64,000 nt of DNA from Verrucomicrobiota bacterium (GTDB lineage Bacteria; Verrucomicrobiota; Verrucomicrobiia; Limisphaerales; AAA164-E04). The DNA is taken from the NCBI GenBank assembly GCA_047947115.1, contig CP170459.1, positions 32,001 through 96,000 of the forward strand. Direction: 5' to 3'. Shown piece by piece: positions 61,147 to 64,000 of the stretch; position 1 is the first letter of the stretch, and the number at the start of each line of letters is the position of its first letter. Under the pieces are notes generated by a model that saw only the letters and a program-made list of their open reading frames with translations, was not told the origin of the DNA and ran no database searches. The position numbers were made by a program, and so were the translations under genes.

Positions 61147-61626
61147 ATGCAATCGGATGGATTTCTAAAGCATTTGGCGATCGCCTTTGGTTTGGCTCTG
61201 GTGGGCTACGGTCTGTTGTATGGCTGCGACCGCCATCTTCGAACACGTCGCGGTGCCTGGGAGTTCACTTTTGCGGCGTCCGCTCAAGGGGAACCGACCC
61301 TGACCATTGATCAGCCGTTTCTTGGGATCAGCAAGGTGCGTATCGTCATCAAAGATGAAATCTATGAAGGAGCCACCCAGCGCATCCGATTCGACAAACC
61401 GGGCATTGAACTTCCATTTGGCAAACCTGTCTTCTACGACACCACCTTTCTGCCCGGTTCCATAACCATGGATTTGTATGGACATGAAGTGGAAGTCCTT
61501 CCCCGGACGTTGATACTGAATTTCAAGGAAAAGCCATGGAAATCGGGTGAGGTGATCTCACTGACGCAGTCAGAAGCTTGGAGCAACAAGCCGGAAATTG
61601 TAACACCTGCACCTCAAACGCAATAA
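61147..61626 (+). CDS. Hypothetical membrane-anchored protein
   Basis: N-terminal TM; PFG..FYDTTFLPG, HEVEVLPRTL. Confidence 0.7.
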   Translation: MQSDGFLKHLAIAFGLALVGYGLLYGCDRHLRTRRGAWEFTFAASAQGEPTLTIDQPFLGISKVRIVIKDEIYEGATQRIRFDKPGIELPFGKPVFYDTTFLPGSITMDLYGHEVEVLPRTLILNFKEKPWKSGEVISLTQSEAWSNKPEIVTPAPQTQ

Positions 61627-61633
61627 CTTATTC

Positions 61634-61653
61634 AATCCCCTGAGCGGGGGATT
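61634..61653 (+). terminator. Hairpin after 61626
   Basis: AATCCCC-N6-GGGGATT. Confidence 0.4.
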
Positions 61654-61863
61654 CGTGGTGATGTTATTTTACTGCCCGCATTGACCTGAGCCCCTGAGCA
61701 AAGTCCAGAATCTGCCCTAAAAGCCAGTGGATGGATGTTTATGTCAACATATCCTTATGCCGATATAATTTACAATCGAGTTGCAAAGAGCCTTCTCTCT
61801 CCTTAAAATATGAAGAAATACATCAGGGAGGCTGAGTCAAGTAACCTTTGGCGCAAAAACATC

Positions 61864-62166
61864 ATGGAATTTGAATCATCGAATGAAAAAATCAATATCC
61901 GCGGAATCACCGAGCTGACCGCGGCAAACGCCGGGTCTGTCAAAGACGAGGTTCGGAGCCGAATTCGGCCGGAGCACGAAGTATTGGACATCGACATGTC
62001 GGAGGTTCGCATCCTGGATAGCAGCGGCTTGGGAACCCTCATCTCGTTACACAAGGTCATGTGCCAACAGAATGGGTTGGTTCGCATCCTGAATCCGACC
62101 CCTATTGTTGAGCAGGTGCTTGAGTTGACGCGCTTGCACCGATTGCTCGAAATCACACGCCAGTAA
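61864..62166 (+). CDS. STAS-domain anti-sigma factor antagonist (RsbV/SpoIIAA-like)
   Basis: IDMSEVRILDSSGLGTL with the phosphorylatable Ser; LELTRL. Confidence 0.92.
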   Translation: MEFESSNEKINIRGITELTAANAGSVKDEVRSRIRPEHEVLDIDMSEVRILDSSGLGTLISLHKVMCQQNGLVRILNPTPIVEQVLELTRLHRLLEITRQ

Positions 62167-62191
62167 GGCGGCATCCAACCGGTCTTGCTCT

Positions 62192-63991
62192 ATGATCAAG
62201 GATGCGCTGCCATCGTTCTACGTCCAATTCAAATGCGACGTGGACGCCTCAAGAACGCCGGTGAGAAGAGTGATCGCTTTTTTGGAAAAGTGCGGTTTTG
62301 ACCTGAATGAATGCAGTGCCTGGGAGGTAGCGATTCAGGAAGGGGTCAACAACGCCATTCTGCACAGCGGTGCGGCCGAGGAATCCAACCGGCAACCAAT
62401 CGCCATTGAGGTCATGATCCGACCCGAGTATGTTGAAGTACTGGTGCATGATCACACGCAGGGATTCAGCTGGCCCATTTCCCCTTCGCTGCCCGAGCCA
62501 AACAGTGAGAATGGCCGGGGAGTGTATATGATTCAACAGTTGATGGATGATTCCGATTACCTGCGCGGAACACATTCCAACCGGCTGCTTCTTCGAAAAA
62601 ACCGGAAGCTCACCCAGGCGTTGAGCACCAAGGATGAAAAATGGAAGGACCAGATCCGAAAGTTTGAAAAGCAACTGGATGAGGCCGATTCAGCTCTTCT
62701 TTACATGCAGGAAGAACTTTCTTCTTGTTATGAAAGCCTCTCCGCTATTTTCAAATTCGGAACCGAATTGGGCAAACTGGATGATATTCAGGATTTTGCC
62801 GATCGATTATTGCATCAGTTAGCCAGTATCATGGAGGCGGATTGCTATGTGTTTCGCACTTGTGAAGAACATCGACGCACCTTGCGCACATACGCCAAGT
62901 CCTCCAATGCTTTCATCATTGAACCACTGAAATGGATTCCGGGAGAACAACAAACCCACCTGGAACCCATGGCTATCGTCAATAGGAAGGATATTTTACG
63001 GGACACCAAACTGGACCCCCTTTCACCTGGGGATCCCCTGACGATCTTTAACGCACGTTTTATCCAGGTGCATCCGATCATCATTGGCGAAGAATTGATA
63101 GGCGTGCTGAGCGTGGGGACTTCGCAATCTGAAGAACCGTTCACCTCCGCTCAAACGAATGTGATGCATACATTCGCCGATTTTCTGGCACTTCAATTGA
63201 TCAATGTTTCCAGACAGGAGGAACGTATTGAATACGGAAAGATCTCCAAGGAACTGGAAATTGCGCGCAATATCCAGAACTCCCTGCTACCGTCCGAATG
63301 GCCGGAAACAGAGCGTTTCACCTTGGCGGGAGAATGTATTACATCAAGAAATGTCAGTGGAGATTTCTTCGATGTCATCCACCATGAAACCGATCCCAAC
63401 AAGGTATTGCTGGTCATCGCAGACGTGATGGGCAAGGGTGTGCCAGCCTCCATCTTTGCCTCCATCTTTCGGAGCCTTGTCCGTGCATCAACCGAAAGTT
63501 TCACTCAACCAGCCGTTCTGATGCAACGCATCAACAAAGCCATGTTTCACGACCTGTCGGGAGTGGATATGTTTATCACGGCTCAGTTGGCATTCTGTGA
63601 TTTCGAAGAACGCATCATGCGCATCAGCAATGCAGGACACTGCCCCCTTCTCCTCACCTCAAGGGAAAGTTCGCAAAAGATCTCCTCTTTTTCCCCGGAG
63701 GGACTGCCCCTGGGGGTGGTCCGGAACCCTGAATTTGAAGAGGAGGAAATCAGCATGCCTCTTGATTGTCGTATGCTAATGTATACGGATGGCATTGTTG
63801 AAACCACAACGCGGATGGTGGGTAACGAATTGCTGGGACAAAAGAGACTGTTACGCTGGTTTGAAGATGCCAGGAAAGTGGATCAGAACGCTGATGGATT
63901 TAAAGTTTCGCTTAAAAATCTGTTGAAAGCTTATAATGGAGATCAATTGAAGGACGACCAAACTTTCATTTTATTAGTGGAGAACGTATAA
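62192..63991 (+). CDS. RsbW-like ATPase/kinase + GAF-like + SpoIIE PP2C phosphatase fusion
   Basis: EGVNNAILH and ENGRGVYMI; ELEIARNIQ..LLP, SGDFFD, ADVMGKG, YTDG, DDQT. Confidence 0.9.
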   Translation: MIKDALPSFYVQFKCDVDASRTPVRRVIAFLEKCGFDLNECSAWEVAIQEGVNNAILHSGAAEESNRQPIAIEVMIRPEYVEVLVHDHTQGFSWPISPSLPEPNSENGRGVYMIQQLMDDSDYLRGTHSNRLLLRKNRKLTQALSTKDEKWKDQIRKFEKQLDEADSALLYMQEELSSCYESLSAIFKFGTELGKLDDIQDFADRLLHQLASIMEADCYVFRTCEEHRRTLRTYAKSSNAFIIEPLKWIPGEQQTHLEPMAIVNRKDILRDTKLDPLSPGDPLTIFNARFIQVHPIIIGEELIGVLSVGTSQSEEPFTSAQTNVMHTFADFLALQLINVSRQEERIEYGKISKELEIARNIQNSLLPSEWPETERFTLAGECITSRNVSGDFFDVIHHETDPNKVLLVIADVMGKGVPASIFASIFRSLVRASTESFTQPAVLMQRINKAMFHDLSGVDMFITAQLAFCDFEERIMRISNAGHCPLLLTSRESSQKISSFSPEGLPLGVVRNPEFEEEEISMPLDCRMLMYTDGIVETTTRMVGNELLGQKRLLRWFEDARKVDQNADGFKVSLKNLLKAYNGDQLKDDQTFILLVENV

Positions 63992-64000
63992 TGCACCGGA

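Overview
Bacterial genomic DNA, most likely from a Verrucomicrobiota (PVC superphylum) organism. This is inferred from the DUF1501/DUF1549/DUF1553/DUF1552/DUF1592 genes, the [21 protein letters not shown] prepilin-like genes and a CotH/lamin-tail surface protein. Intact-looking content includes: two PVC-type c-cytochrome/DUF clusters; glycan-catabolism enzymes (SASA esterase, xylose-isomerase-family enzyme, Gfo/Idh/MocA oxidoreductase, amidohydrolase, GH33 sialidase, probable apionate-lactonase-family protein); a 1792-aa CotH protein; a complete 1532-bp ISL3 element with 29-bp TIRs and an 8-bp TSD; a higBA toxin-antitoxin pair with a visible promoter and operator; cation transporters; an ECF sigma/anti-sigma/pseudopilin-like triad; and a STAS gene next to a kinase-GAF-phosphatase fusion. 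Gene erosion is conspicuous: a collapsed czcC(B)A operon, a DUF2946/RAPP-like leader ORF with a premature stop in front of a pilin-like gene, and several remnants. At least three short intergenic repeat families occur, including a REPIN-like doublet. No rRNA, tRNA or CRISPR array was recognised. Family assignments come from motif recognition and memory, not database searches.
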